A stretch of DNA of 64,000 nt, taken from positions 4,549,987 through 4,613,986 of the forward strand of contig CBDHHA010000008.1 of NCBI GenBank assembly GCA_965263255.1, written 5' to 3'. Both the position numbers and the translations under genes were made by a program. The first letter of the stretch is position 1. Each line of letters begins with the position of its first letter. Shown piece after piece: positions 1-8,755 of the stretch. This DNA comes from Bryobacterales bacterium (GTDB lineage: Bacteria > Acidobacteriota > Terriglobia > Bryobacterales > UBA6623). The notes beneath the pieces were generated by a model, which ran no database searches, was not told where the DNA came from, and was given only the letters and a program-made list of their open reading frames with translations.

Positions 1-1
1 C

Positions 2-343
2 TACCAGCGCGAGCGCTGGGACGCCCACGGGCACTATCGCGCGGTGGACGAGGAGCACCGGCCGATCGACGACAGCGACCGGGGCGTGGTCCCGGACTAC
101 CCGTTCAAGGGAGTGGGCCTGAGCGCGTTCGCCTCGCAAGTGGTGCGCAAGGAGCGGTTCGTTCGCGCTTTCGTCAACCAGCATCACGACATGCTGTTCC
201 ACCGCCCGCTGAGACTCTTCCGGGACCAGAGGGACGACTACAAGGCCCTCTATGACTTTGCCGTTGCCAACGACCTGCAAATCCGGCCGCTCCTCAAGAG
301 GATGGTGCTGATGAGGCTCGGCGACCGGCCTAACAGCCCATAG
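2..343 (+). CDS. C-terminal fragment of an unidentified protein (reading frame open to the window edge)
   Basis: The frame of ORF 44..343 stays open back to nt 2 (YQRERWDAHGHYRAVDEEH...). It lies on the same strand, 80 nt upstream of the DUF1501-like gene. I recognise no diagnostic motif. Confidence 0.4.
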   Translation, partial: YQRERWDAHGHYRAVDEEHRPIDDSDRGVVPDYPFKGVGLSAFASQVVRKERFVRAFVNQHHDMLFHRPLRLFRDQRDDYKALYDFAVANDLQIRPLLKRMVLMRLGDRPNSP

Positions 344-422
344 CCCCTTATTGCTGTCAGGCTGCTTGGCCCACCGCCTATAATCGGACCGACGCGAAGC
401 GTCCCTGAGACGGGGAGATGCG

Positions 423-2087
423 ATGAATCGGCGGGGATTCCTTTCTGGGGCAGCCCGAGGCGCGGGGGCGCTTGCGGCTGCGGACTTTTTCGGCTACTGG
501 CTCGGCGGCGGCCTCGATTCGCTCAGCCCGGCCTTGGCCGGCGCGGTCAAGGAGCACGCGAAGGAGGCGTCGCAGCCCCGCTTCCTCATCTACTGGTTCA
601 TGGAAGGGGCCTGGATGAGCTATGACATGTTCGGGCCCGTGCTTCCCTCTCGGAACGACGCCAGCTTCTCGGACCTCCCGAGGGACCCGAGCGACTGGGG
701 CGTGATTTCGGAGCATATCTATCGCACCAAGGACCTTGCTCCCGAAGACTTCCGGAGACACGGCGAGATCTTCCATGGCCCGCTGGCCGAGGATGGCCGC
801 GAACTGTTCGGGGAAATGGCGATCCTCTCGAGCGCCCTCACCGGCAGCGGGCACACCAGGGACCGCTTCAAGGCGCATTATGGCCAGTACACCGTCGACA
901 TGAAGGCAAGGCGGGAGCCGGACGAGCGAACCGTGCTGCAGGCCTTCTGCGAACAGGCCGGACGCCAGTACCTGTTGCCCAACCTGAACTGGCACCGCTG
1001 GCTGTCCGACGGGGAGCTCGACATCGCAGCCTACCCCGAAGGCACAGGCATCTACCACGCGCTCGGCCCGCCATGGGCGCACATCATCTATCCGCAGACC
1101 CCGAAGTTCACCCGCGGGCTTGTCCAGCAGACGCTCGCGATGCGCAATGACGAGCGCAATCACTCCGTGCAGCGATTCCTGGACCAGTCCCGCAGGAGCC
1201 TGCTGGCCGATCGCAACAGCCCGGAGCTCCAGAGCTTCGCATCCGCGCTTGATGTCTACAAGCGGCTCGTAGAGGGCGGTGGCAAGAGCGTCGAGAGCCG
1301 CTCGATGTTCCTGGACCCGGGACTGAGGGAGGAATTCCGGGTCAGTCCTGCCGACGAGGAAATCCACTTCGAACTCATCAATCAGACCCTGCCGCGGAGC
1401 AAGTACACGCCCAACATCAATGTCCAGGCCATGATGATGTTCGAGATGATGACCAAGGGACTGAGCTGCGCGGGCTGGCTCGAGAACCGCTTGGTCCGCG
1501 GATTCGATCATCACTGGGCGCGCAAGAAGGTCCTGTCGGGCTATCCCTTCGACCAGCGGGAGATGATGCGGGCCGAGCTGTGGACCCCGCTCAAGACATT
1601 CGTGCGCAAGCTCAAGGAGACTGAGTACGCAAGCACGGGGAACTCCTTCTACGACTACACGACGATCGTGCTGAGCAGCGAATTCGGCAGAACCGTCGGC
1701 GGCAGCATCGACAGCATCCTGGCGAATACGGACCTCGACGAGGAGGAGAAGCGGGAGCAGGTTCTCTCGCAGGACATCAGCGCCCACAACCCGGTCAACT
1801 CCTGTGCGTTCCTCGGCCCGCGCGTCCGCGGCGGCACGCAGTTCGGATGGGTCGGCCAGAAGACCTTCCAGCCGATTCCCGTCCACCCGGTGACCGGGGA
1901 ACTGGATCCACGGTACGACCGCGACGGAAACCTCCGCGAGGGCTTCAACGAGCCGGCGCGGGGGTTCATCATGCCGAACCACGGGCACATTTATTCCACG
2001 GCCCTCCGGCTGGCCGGCGTGGATTCCAAGGGGGCCGGGAGGAACGAATCGCCGCACCTTCCGTTTGTCATGGCAGACGGCAGCTAG
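423..2087 (+). CDS. DUF1501-like protein (sulfatase/alkaline-phosphatase superfamily) with a Tat-type signal
   Basis: ATG preceded by GGGGAGA. The N-terminus MNRRGFLSGAARGAGALAAA has an RR-x-FL Tat motif. The SEFGRT motif (IVLSSEFGRTVGG) and the following ...GPRVRGGTQFG are typical of DUF1501. The usual GxDH motif is replaced by SAHNP, and 554 aa is longer than typical. Confidence 0.55.
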   Translation: MNRRGFLSGAARGAGALAAADFFGYWLGGGLDSLSPALAGAVKEHAKEASQPRFLIYWFMEGAWMSYDMFGPVLPSRNDASFSDLPRDPSDWGVISEHIYRTKDLAPEDFRRHGEIFHGPLAEDGRELFGEMAILSSALTGSGHTRDRFKAHYGQYTVDMKARREPDERTVLQAFCEQAGRQYLLPNLNWHRWLSDGELDIAAYPEGTGIYHALGPPWAHIIYPQTPKFTRGLVQQTLAMRNDERNHSVQRFLDQSRRSLLADRNSPELQSFASALDVYKRLVEGGGKSVESRSMFLDPGLREEFRVSPADEEIHFELINQTLPRSKYTPNINVQAMMMFEMMTKGLSCAGWLENRLVRGFDHHWARKKVLSGYPFDQREMMRAELWTPLKTFVRKLKETEYASTGNSFYDYTTIVLSSEFGRTVGGSIDSILANTDLDEEEKREQVLSQDISAHNPVNSCAFLGPRVRGGTQFGWVGQKTFQPIPVHPVTGELDPRYDRDGNLREGFNEPARGFIMPNHGHIYSTALRLAGVDSKGAGRNESPHLPFVMADGS

Positions 2088-2104
2088 GGCTAGGGCCCTC
2101 TTGC

Positions 2105-3307
2105 ATGGACTGCTGCTTGGCTTCCAACCGCCGGCCATCCGCAATTCCTCGTTGCCAGTGGCGCAGTCCGTCCGGACGGGCCCTCGGCCCGGCTGTCCGA
2201 GCCCCGAGCGCGCGTCCGACCCTTCGGGGCGCGTTGCTGGCCGGGCTCCTTGCCGCCTCCGGAGCAGCCGGGTACGGCCAGATCGCGCCACTTGCAGACC
2301 CCGTGCGATTCTGGCAGCACGAGTCCGAGTACAGCGGGTCACGAACCTGCAAGCCCTGCCACGCGGAGATCTACTCGCGCCAGGCTCTCAGCAACCACTC
2401 GAAATCCCTCCGACCGGTAGGGCAGGTCCCGGAACTGGCGGCCGCCGATCCCGTGCAGCGATTCGATCGGGTTTCCGGCTTCACCCTGAGTCTTTCCGGC
2501 GACAGCGCCGGCCGCATTCGGCTCGAAGCCTCCGATGGTGCCGATTCGAGTGGCGCGCTGCTGTCGTGGGCGTTCGGCAGCGGGACGAAGGGCATTACCC
2601 CGATCGGCCGCTCCGACGCGGGCGGCTGGGTGGAGAGCCGCCTCACCTGGTACGAGAGCCTCGGCGGGATCGACTTCACCACGGGGGCGTCGAAGTACGA
2701 TCCGCAGAACGCGGTCGAGAGTCTCGGGCGCGAGCTGACCGCCAAGCAGGTCGCCGAATGCTTCGGCTGCCACACCACCGGTTACGACGGGCGGGTCTCG
2801 GCCCCGACCGCTGACGAAATGGGGATTCGCTGCGAGCGGTGCCACGGCCCCGGCCGCAAGCATGTCGAGAGCGCGACACGCGGCGCCCCGGTAGCCGGGA
2901 CGATCTTCAATCCTGGCGGCCTGGGGGGCTTCGAGCAGGCCCGGATGTGCGGAGCCTGCCATGGTGTCCCGCCCGCGGACAACGACTTCGACGCATTGGC
3001 GTTGCTGGAACGGACCCCGCACAGCGTCCGGTTCCCGAGCCAGAGAATCGTCCTGAGTCGGTGCTTCAACGAGACGTTCGGTGATCTGGCCTGCACCGCC
3101 TGTCACGATCCGCATCGCGACGTTGCCGACGAGGCGGGCTCGTTCGACGAGTCCTGCCTGTCGTGCCATGACGGCCGGTCGCGCCTAGGCGGTTCTGTGT
3201 GCCTGGTAGGGTCCGCGGATTGCGCGAGCTGCCACATGCCAAGCAGGCGGGTGATGCGTCATTCTATGTTCAGCGACCACTGGATCCGTGTCGTGAGGCC
3301 GGAGTAG
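2105..3307 (+). CDS. Multihaem c-type cytochrome (7 CXXCH motifs), secreted
   Basis: Seven haem-binding motifs are present: CKPCH, CFGCH, CERCH, CGACH, CTACH, CLSCH and CASCH. A hydrophobic signal-like segment LRGALLAGLLAASGAAGYGQ is present. The start is uncertain (ATG 2105 or TTG 2117). The upstream part of ORF 1847..3307 overlaps the preceding gene. Confidence 0.8.
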   Translation: MDCCLASNRRPSAIPRCQWRSPSGRALGPAVRAPSARPTLRGALLAGLLAASGAAGYGQIAPLADPVRFWQHESEYSGSRTCKPCHAEIYSRQALSNHSKSLRPVGQVPELAAADPVQRFDRVSGFTLSLSGDSAGRIRLEASDGADSSGALLSWAFGSGTKGITPIGRSDAGGWVESRLTWYESLGGIDFTTGASKYDPQNAVESLGRELTAKQVAECFGCHTTGYDGRVSAPTADEMGIRCERCHGPGRKHVESATRGAPVAGTIFNPGGLGGFEQARMCGACHGVPPADNDFDALALLERTPHSVRFPSQRIVLSRCFNETFGDLACTACHDPHRDVADEAGSFDESCLSCHDGRSRLGGSVCLVGSADCASCHMPSRRVMRHSMFSDHWIRVVRPE

Positions 3308-3349
3308 GGCCGTTCCGTTCGCGCCTGGCTACCGGGCGGACACAAACCG

Positions 3350-5215
3350 ATGATTGCGAGAAGGCCAGCCAGAGCGTTGTGGTTCGCGGTGGGCGCCCTG
3401 CTGGTCGCGGTCGCCGGAGCCAGCGCGCAGGAGACTCCGCTCACGCCTGCCGATTACCGATTCATCGAGACGCGGTTTCGCGCGGCCCGGGATCTCGAGC
3501 GCAGCGGCGAGCTGTCCGAGGCGGCCGCCGAGTACCGAGCGATCCTCAGCAGGTTCCCGACGGCTGTGCCCCGGGTCTATCACAATCTCGGCCTGGTCTG
3601 CTTCCACCAGCGCGATTACCCGCAGGCGATCGAGGCCTTCGAGGCCGGGATCGAACTCGACGGATCGATGCCCGGAAGCCGGCTGTTCCTGGGCATGTCG
3701 TACTTGAATGTCGAGCGTCCGGGAGAGGCCCTCCCGCAGCTCGAGGCGGCGCACCGGCTGCAGCCCAGTTTCGAGAGCGGCCTTCACCTAGGACTCGCTT
3801 ACGCGGCCAATCTGCGCCACGCCGAAGCCATCCGGGCTTACAGCCAGGCGCTGCCGCTGGCCGGGGACGAGGCACCGAACGTGCTCTATTCCATCGGGCA
3901 GGCCTACCTCGACCTCGCCGAGAGGATGGTGAACGAGCAGGCCGCATCCCACCCCGAGTCGAAGGAGACCCATCTCGCGGCTGCCCGCCTCTTCGAGAGC
4001 CAGCAGGTGTACCAGCTGGCGGCGATCAAGTATCTCGAAGCCGCGGAACTGGACCCGTTCAACGCATCCATATTCTTCCCGCTGGCCCGGATGCTTGCAA
4101 TCCTCGGGCTGGACGTCCCCTCGGATCTCGCCTTGGAGCGCTACTGGGACCTGCTGCCGGCCGTGCCTCGAATGCGGATTGACCAGAGCATGCTGCCCAA
4201 GGAGCAGGTCGCCGAGATCGGGACGAAGGTGGAGTTCGAGGGGATCCTGCGATCGCTGCCCGATGTCGAGCCGGGGCGCTTGCCCGCCATGCCGATGGTG
4301 GGCGCGGAAGTCAACGAAGAGCTGGCCACCCGCCTGGCCGGCCCCGATTCCGCTGCATGGGGCCAGGTCGCGCAAGCCGTGTCGGAGGGCAGGTTCGAGG
4401 ACGCCCTGGCGGCCCTCGACCGGCTTGGGGAGAGAGGCGGCGGATGGCTAAGGGACTATCTGGTGACCACCTTGCACGTCTGGCTGGACGACTACAGGTC
4501 CGCAGCTCTGGCGGCTGACGCACCGTCGCTATCGGCGCAGCCCCTGCAGGCCGCCCAGACCCTCCGGGCGGAGGTTTTCCGGCAGGTATCCCTCGAGTAC
4601 TTCGACGAGCTGGTTCGCGAGCACCCGGACTCATGCCGGGCGCGGCTCGTCAGAGCGATGAACTTCGCCGCCCAGGAAATGGCGGAGGCCGAGGCCGAGT
4701 TCCTCGCCGCGATCGAGGCGTGCCCCCTCGACACCCAGATCCGCATCGAACTCGCTGACCACTACCTCTGGAACTCGCAGTACGAGGAGGCGCGGCAGGC
4801 CTGCCTGGACGAACTCAAGATCAACCCGCACTCGAGCGCGGCCAGGAAACGCCTTGGTCGGATCCACGTCCAGTTGCGCGATGGTGAGGAGGCCCTGCCG
4901 TTCCTGCTTGCCGCTACGGAGGCAGACCCGGAGGATGCCGATGTCCGGACCGACTTGGGGAGGGCCTACGAGCTCCTCCAGCGATGGGACAACGCGATCG
5001 CCGAGTACCTGCTAGCCCTGGAGCTGGACCCCGCTCTCAATCGCGTTCACTACGTGCTGGCTAGGCTGTACCGCCAGCTCGGCAGAGACGACCTGGCCCA
5101 GCAGCAGTTCCAGCTCTTCAAGCGGAACGAAGACGAATCGCGGCAAGCGCGCAATGCAAGGATCCAGCGCCTTCGCAAGAAAGAGGCGCTTGGACCCGCG
5201 ACGGCGGGGCGATAG
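3350..5215 (+). CDS. TPR repeat protein with signal peptide
   Basis: Signal peptide MIARRPARALWFAVGALLVAVAGASAQ. Repeated 34-aa TPR-like units occur throughout (e.g. YHNLGLVCFHQRDYPQAIEAFEAGIELD and RTDLGRAYELLQRWDNAIAEYLLALELDP). Confidence 0.8.
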   Translation: MIARRPARALWFAVGALLVAVAGASAQETPLTPADYRFIETRFRAARDLERSGELSEAAAEYRAILSRFPTAVPRVYHNLGLVCFHQRDYPQAIEAFEAGIELDGSMPGSRLFLGMSYLNVERPGEALPQLEAAHRLQPSFESGLHLGLAYAANLRHAEAIRAYSQALPLAGDEAPNVLYSIGQAYLDLAERMVNEQAASHPESKETHLAAARLFESQQVYQLAAIKYLEAAELDPFNASIFFPLARMLAILGLDVPSDLALERYWDLLPAVPRMRIDQSMLPKEQVAEIGTKVEFEGILRSLPDVEPGRLPAMPMVGAEVNEELATRLAGPDSAAWGQVAQAVSEGRFEDALAALDRLGERGGGWLRDYLVTTLHVWLDDYRSAALAADAPSLSAQPLQAAQTLRAEVFRQVSLEYFDELVREHPDSCRARLVRAMNFAAQEMAEAEAEFLAAIEACPLDTQIRIELADHYLWNSQYEEARQACLDELKINPHSSAARKRLGRIHVQLRDGEEALPFLLAATEADPEDADVRTDLGRAYELLQRWDNAIAEYLLALELDPALNRVHYVLARLYRQLGRDDLAQQQFQLFKRNEDESRQARNARIQRLRKKEALGPATAGR

Positions 5216-5222
5216 CGTCCTC

Positions 5223-6941
5223 GTGCCGCGCCTGGATGCTACGCGCGCTTGCTTCCGGGCGGCTGCGTGCCTGATCGTGCTGCCGCCCGCAGCGCCCGGC
5301 GCGCAGGCGGCGTTCGTGGATGTCGCCGCCGAGTCCGGGCTGACGGACATCTTCTACTGCGGCAGGGATGACAGCAAGGACTTCATCCTCGAGGCCATAG
5401 GATCCGGCGTGGCGCTGCTCGACTACGACCGTGACGGATTCCTGGATGCGTTCTTCGTCACGTCTAGCACCTTCGAGGGATTCCCGCCCGGCCGGGCCCC
5501 CAGCAACCACCTGTACCGCAACAACGGCGACGGCACGTTCGCGAACGCCACGGACCGTGCCGGCCTCCGGATGTCCGGGTGGGGACAGGGCGCATGCGTC
5601 GGCGACGTTGACAACGACGGCTTCGACGATCTGTTCGTCACCTACTTCGGAGAGAACCGCCTCTACCGGAACAGCGGCCGCGGGACGTTCGCCGACGTGA
5701 CGCTGCAATCGGGTCTCGGTCCGGAACGGCGCTGGTCGACCGGTTGCGCCTTCCTGGACTACGATCGCGACGGGCATCTCGATCTGTTCGTGGCGAACTA
5801 CCTAGTCTTCGACAGGGACCGCATTCCCGCAAGGGGCAGCGCCCCCTCCTGCCAGTGGCAGGGGCAGGCCGTGGCGTGCGGTCCCCGCGGGCTGCCTGGA
5901 GAGACGAACCAACTGTTCCGCAATCTCGGCGACGGCCTGTTTGCCGACGTTTCCGAGCAGTCGGGTGTCTCCAGCGTCCAAGGCCGATACTCGTTGTCCG
6001 TGACACCGCTGGACTACAACGCTGACGGCTGGCCGGATGTCTACGTGGCCGTCGATTCGCAGGCCAGCATACTGTTTGAGAACAAGGGCGACGGCACTTT
6101 CGAGGATGTCGGGGTATTCGCAGGTGCGGCCCTCGACGAGCACGGGGACGTGCAAGCCGGGATGGGAACGGCAGCTGTCGACATCGATGGCGACGGACGC
6201 CTCGACATCGTGAAGACCAACTTCATGGGGGAGACTTCGAACATCTACTTGAACTCCCCGGCAGCGTCCTTCGACGACCGGGTGCATGCGATGGGCGCGG
6301 GAATCAGCGCGGGCTACATGGGCTGGGGCGTGGCGGCCCTCGATTTCGACCACGACAGCTGGCCGGACATCCTTGTCGCGAACGGCCACACGTACCCGGA
6401 AATCGAGGGCCTCGTTCCGGGCAATCCGTACCGGCAGGGCCGGCTGCTGTACAGGAATGCCGGGGGGCGTCGACTCGAGCCCGTCGAGCCGCCGCAGGGA
6501 TCCGCGATACTGGCCAGGCACTCCGGCCGGGGCGTTGCCGCCGGGGATTACGACAATGACGGCGACGTGGACGTGTTCATAAGCAACATGAACGAGCGTC
6601 CGAGCCTTCTCCGTAACGACTCCAGCCTTGCAGGCGGCTTCCTCTCCATTCGGCTGATTGGTACCGCGTCGAATCGCAGCGCGATCGGAGCGCGCGTGAC
6701 AGTGAAGGCAGGATCCAGAGTCCAGGTCCAGGAGGTGCGGTCGGGATCGAGTTTCATGTCGAGCAACGACCTTAGGCTGCACTTCGGATTAGGGGGCAGT
6801 GCTGTAGTCCGGGAGGTTGTCGTAGACTGGCTGTCCTCCTCGCCCCGCGAAACACTCGAAAACCTCGCAGCGAACCAGTTCCTTGAGGTCACCGAGGGAG
6901 AGGGCATCACGGCCCGCTCGCCGGGAGGCACAGCACAGTGA
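5223..6941 (+). CDS. CRTAC1/ASPIC-UnbV family FG-GAP (VCBS) repeat protein, paralog 1
   Basis: Repeated LYRNxGDGTFxDV and DxDxDG motifs (DYDRDGFLD, DVDNDGFDD). The C-terminal UnbV/ASPIC signature is NRSAIGARVTVKAGSRVQVQEVRSGSSFMSSNDLRLHFGLG. I start it at GTG 5223, just after the TPR stop, which gives the Sec-like leader VPRLDATRACFRAAACLIVLPPAAPGAQA. A start at ATG 5154 would overlap the TPR gene by 62 nt. Confidence 0.8.
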   Translation: MPRLDATRACFRAAACLIVLPPAAPGAQAAFVDVAAESGLTDIFYCGRDDSKDFILEAIGSGVALLDYDRDGFLDAFFVTSSTFEGFPPGRAPSNHLYRNNGDGTFANATDRAGLRMSGWGQGACVGDVDNDGFDDLFVTYFGENRLYRNSGRGTFADVTLQSGLGPERRWSTGCAFLDYDRDGHLDLFVANYLVFDRDRIPARGSAPSCQWQGQAVACGPRGLPGETNQLFRNLGDGLFADVSEQSGVSSVQGRYSLSVTPLDYNADGWPDVYVAVDSQASILFENKGDGTFEDVGVFAGAALDEHGDVQAGMGTAAVDIDGDGRLDIVKTNFMGETSNIYLNSPAASFDDRVHAMGAGISAGYMGWGVAALDFDHDSWPDILVANGHTYPEIEGLVPGNPYRQGRLLYRNAGGRRLEPVEPPQGSAILARHSGRGVAAGDYDNDGDVDVFISNMNERPSLLRNDSSLAGGFLSIRLIGTASNRSAIGARVTVKAGSRVQVQEVRSGSSFMSSNDLRLHFGLGGSAVVREVVVDWLSSSPRETLENLAANQFLEVTEGEGITARSPGGTAQ

Positions 6942-8680
6942 CCGCGGCCTGGTCCCGCCGGCGGATCCTGCGCCTGGCCGCTGCCGCGGCCACTCCCGGA
7001 TGGGGTGCCCTGGGCAGCCGTGCCCTCCTCGGCGCCCCGCCGACAGGGCCCTATGGCGTGCAGTTCGTGGACGTGGCGAGGGATGCCGGCCTGACCGACA
7101 CGGTCTACTACGGAAGCAGCGAGCGGGTGAAGTACATCGTCGAGGCGAACGGTTGCGGCGTCGCCTTCTACGACTACGACAACGATGGCTGGCCCGACCT
7201 GTTCGTCCTCAACGGCACCCGTCTCGAGGGCTTTGAAGATGGTCTCGAGCCCTCGAACCGCTTGTACCGGAACAATCGCGACGGGACTTTCACAGACGTT
7301 ACCGAGGAAGCCGGGCTCGTCCGGTCCGGCTGGGCGAACAGCGTCTGCATCGGTGACTTCGACAACGACGGCAATGATGACCTGTTCGTCACCTACTGGG
7401 GGCAGAACGTTCTGTACCGCAATAACGGGGACGGGACGTTCACGGACGTGACCGCGGACGCTGGACTCGGCGGCTTCCCGGATCGCTGGAACGCGGGGGC
7501 GACGTTCATCGATTACGACCGCGACGGGTATCTGGACCTCTTCGTCTCGAACTATGTGGACGTCGACCTCGAGAGGATCCCGCTGCCCGGCCAGGGCAAC
7601 AACTGCGAGTGGAAGGGCGTCCCCGTCTTCTGCGGGCCCCGCGGAATGCCGGGAACGAAGAACTACCTTTACCGGAACAACGGAGACGGCACGTTCTCGG
7701 ACGTGAGCGAGGAGGCGGGGATCCACAGCCCGCACGGCTACTACGGCATGACCGCTCTCGTGACGGATGTCGACGAGGACGGATGGCCCGACATCTACGT
7801 GGCGTGCGACTCGACTCCCAGCATTCTCTATCGAAACAACCGGGACGGGACATTCACCGACATCGCGGTCGAGTGCGGCGTCGCTTACAGCGAGGACGGG
7901 CGCGAGCAGGCCGGGATGGGGCTTGCAACCGGGGACTACGACCGGGACGGAAGGCTGGACATCGTCAAGACGCTCTTCGCCGACGAGATGCCGGCCCTGT
8001 ACCGGAACTTCGGCAATGGCAGGTTCGCGGACATGTCTGTCGCGGCGGGCCTGCACGTCGTGACGCAGCACATCCAATGGGGCACCGGTCTCGTGGACTT
8101 CGACAACGACGGCTGGCAGGACCTGTTCTATGCGGTCGGGAACCTGTTTCCCCGCGTCGAGCAGTTCAATCCGCGCTACCCGTACCGCGGCCCGCGATTC
8201 CTGTTCCGAAACATGCGGGACGGTTCGTTCTCGAACGTCACCGATACCTGCGGCCCGGGGCTGACGACGCCCCATTCGAGCCGCGGATGCGCCTTCGGTG
8301 ACTTCGACAACGACGGAGACCTGGACATCCTGGTCATGAACATGAACCAGCCGCCGTCGCTGATTCGCGCCGATGTTTCCACAGGCCATCACTGGCTCAA
8401 GGTCAAGCTCGTCGGCGTCGAGTCGAATCGCACGGCGATCGGCGCGCGCGTGGATCTGCGGTCGGGCGGCAGATGGCAGTCTCAGGAGGTGCAGAGCCAG
8501 TCCAGCTACTACTCCGTCAACGACCTTCGGCTCCACTTCGGCCTGGGTGCCGAGTCGAAGGCAGACGAGATCAGAATCCGCTGGCCCAACGGAAGGCGCG
8601 AGCAGCTCGCCACCGTCGCGGCTGACCGGGTCGTGTACATCGAGGAGGGCAGGGGAATCGTGCGATCGGAGGAATTCTGA
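6938..8680 (+). CDS. CRTAC1/ASPIC-UnbV family FG-GAP repeat protein, paralog 2
   Basis: The GTG start overlaps the upstream stop (GTGA). Twin-arginine leader MTAAWSRRRILRLAAAAA. It has six LYRNNxDGTFTDV-type repeats. The C-terminus is NRTAIGARVDLRSGGRWQSQEVQSQSSYYSVNDLRLHFGLG. Confidence 0.85.
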   Translation: MTAAWSRRRILRLAAAAATPGWGALGSRALLGAPPTGPYGVQFVDVARDAGLTDTVYYGSSERVKYIVEANGCGVAFYDYDNDGWPDLFVLNGTRLEGFEDGLEPSNRLYRNNRDGTFTDVTEEAGLVRSGWANSVCIGDFDNDGNDDLFVTYWGQNVLYRNNGDGTFTDVTADAGLGGFPDRWNAGATFIDYDRDGYLDLFVSNYVDVDLERIPLPGQGNNCEWKGVPVFCGPRGMPGTKNYLYRNNGDGTFSDVSEEAGIHSPHGYYGMTALVTDVDEDGWPDIYVACDSTPSILYRNNRDGTFTDIAVECGVAYSEDGREQAGMGLATGDYDRDGRLDIVKTLFADEMPALYRNFGNGRFADMSVAAGLHVVTQHIQWGTGLVDFDNDGWQDLFYAVGNLFPRVEQFNPRYPYRGPRFLFRNMRDGSFSNVTDTCGPGLTTPHSSRGCAFGDFDNDGDLDILVMNMNQPPSLIRADVSTGHHWLKVKLVGVESNRTAIGARVDLRSGGRWQSQEVQSQSSYYSVNDLRLHFGLGAESKADEIRIRWPNGRREQLATVAADRVVYIEEGRGIVRSEEF

Positions 8681-8755
8681 CTGGCCTGGCAGTGCGCCAG
8701 CCGAGCGGGCTCGTCCCGGGCTGGCGTCAGGGTTCGAGCGTTCCCGGCGCCTCAG

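Noticed and set aside
378-2342. 654-aa ORF on the minus strand covering the whole DUF1501-like gene
   Set aside because: It is a typical high-GC shadow ORF. The product is rich in Arg, Ala, Gly and Pro with no motifs, and it is fully antisense to a gene with clear family motifs and a Tat signal.
6548-8536. 662-aa antisense ORF over CRTAC1-2 (similar cases at 5802..6782, 12138..12872 and 39943..40383)
   Set aside because: These ORFs are antisense images of the repetitive DxDxDG/YRNN coding units, seen as VVVEV...DAD patterns. The sense strand carries the recognisable family signatures.
8728-8745. GGTTCGAGC motif that could be a tRNA T-loop in the spacer between CRTAC1-2 and the ankyrin gene
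   Set aside because: The flanks do not form a T-stem, acceptor stem or anticodon arm. The region is better explained by GC-rich hairpins between convergent genes.
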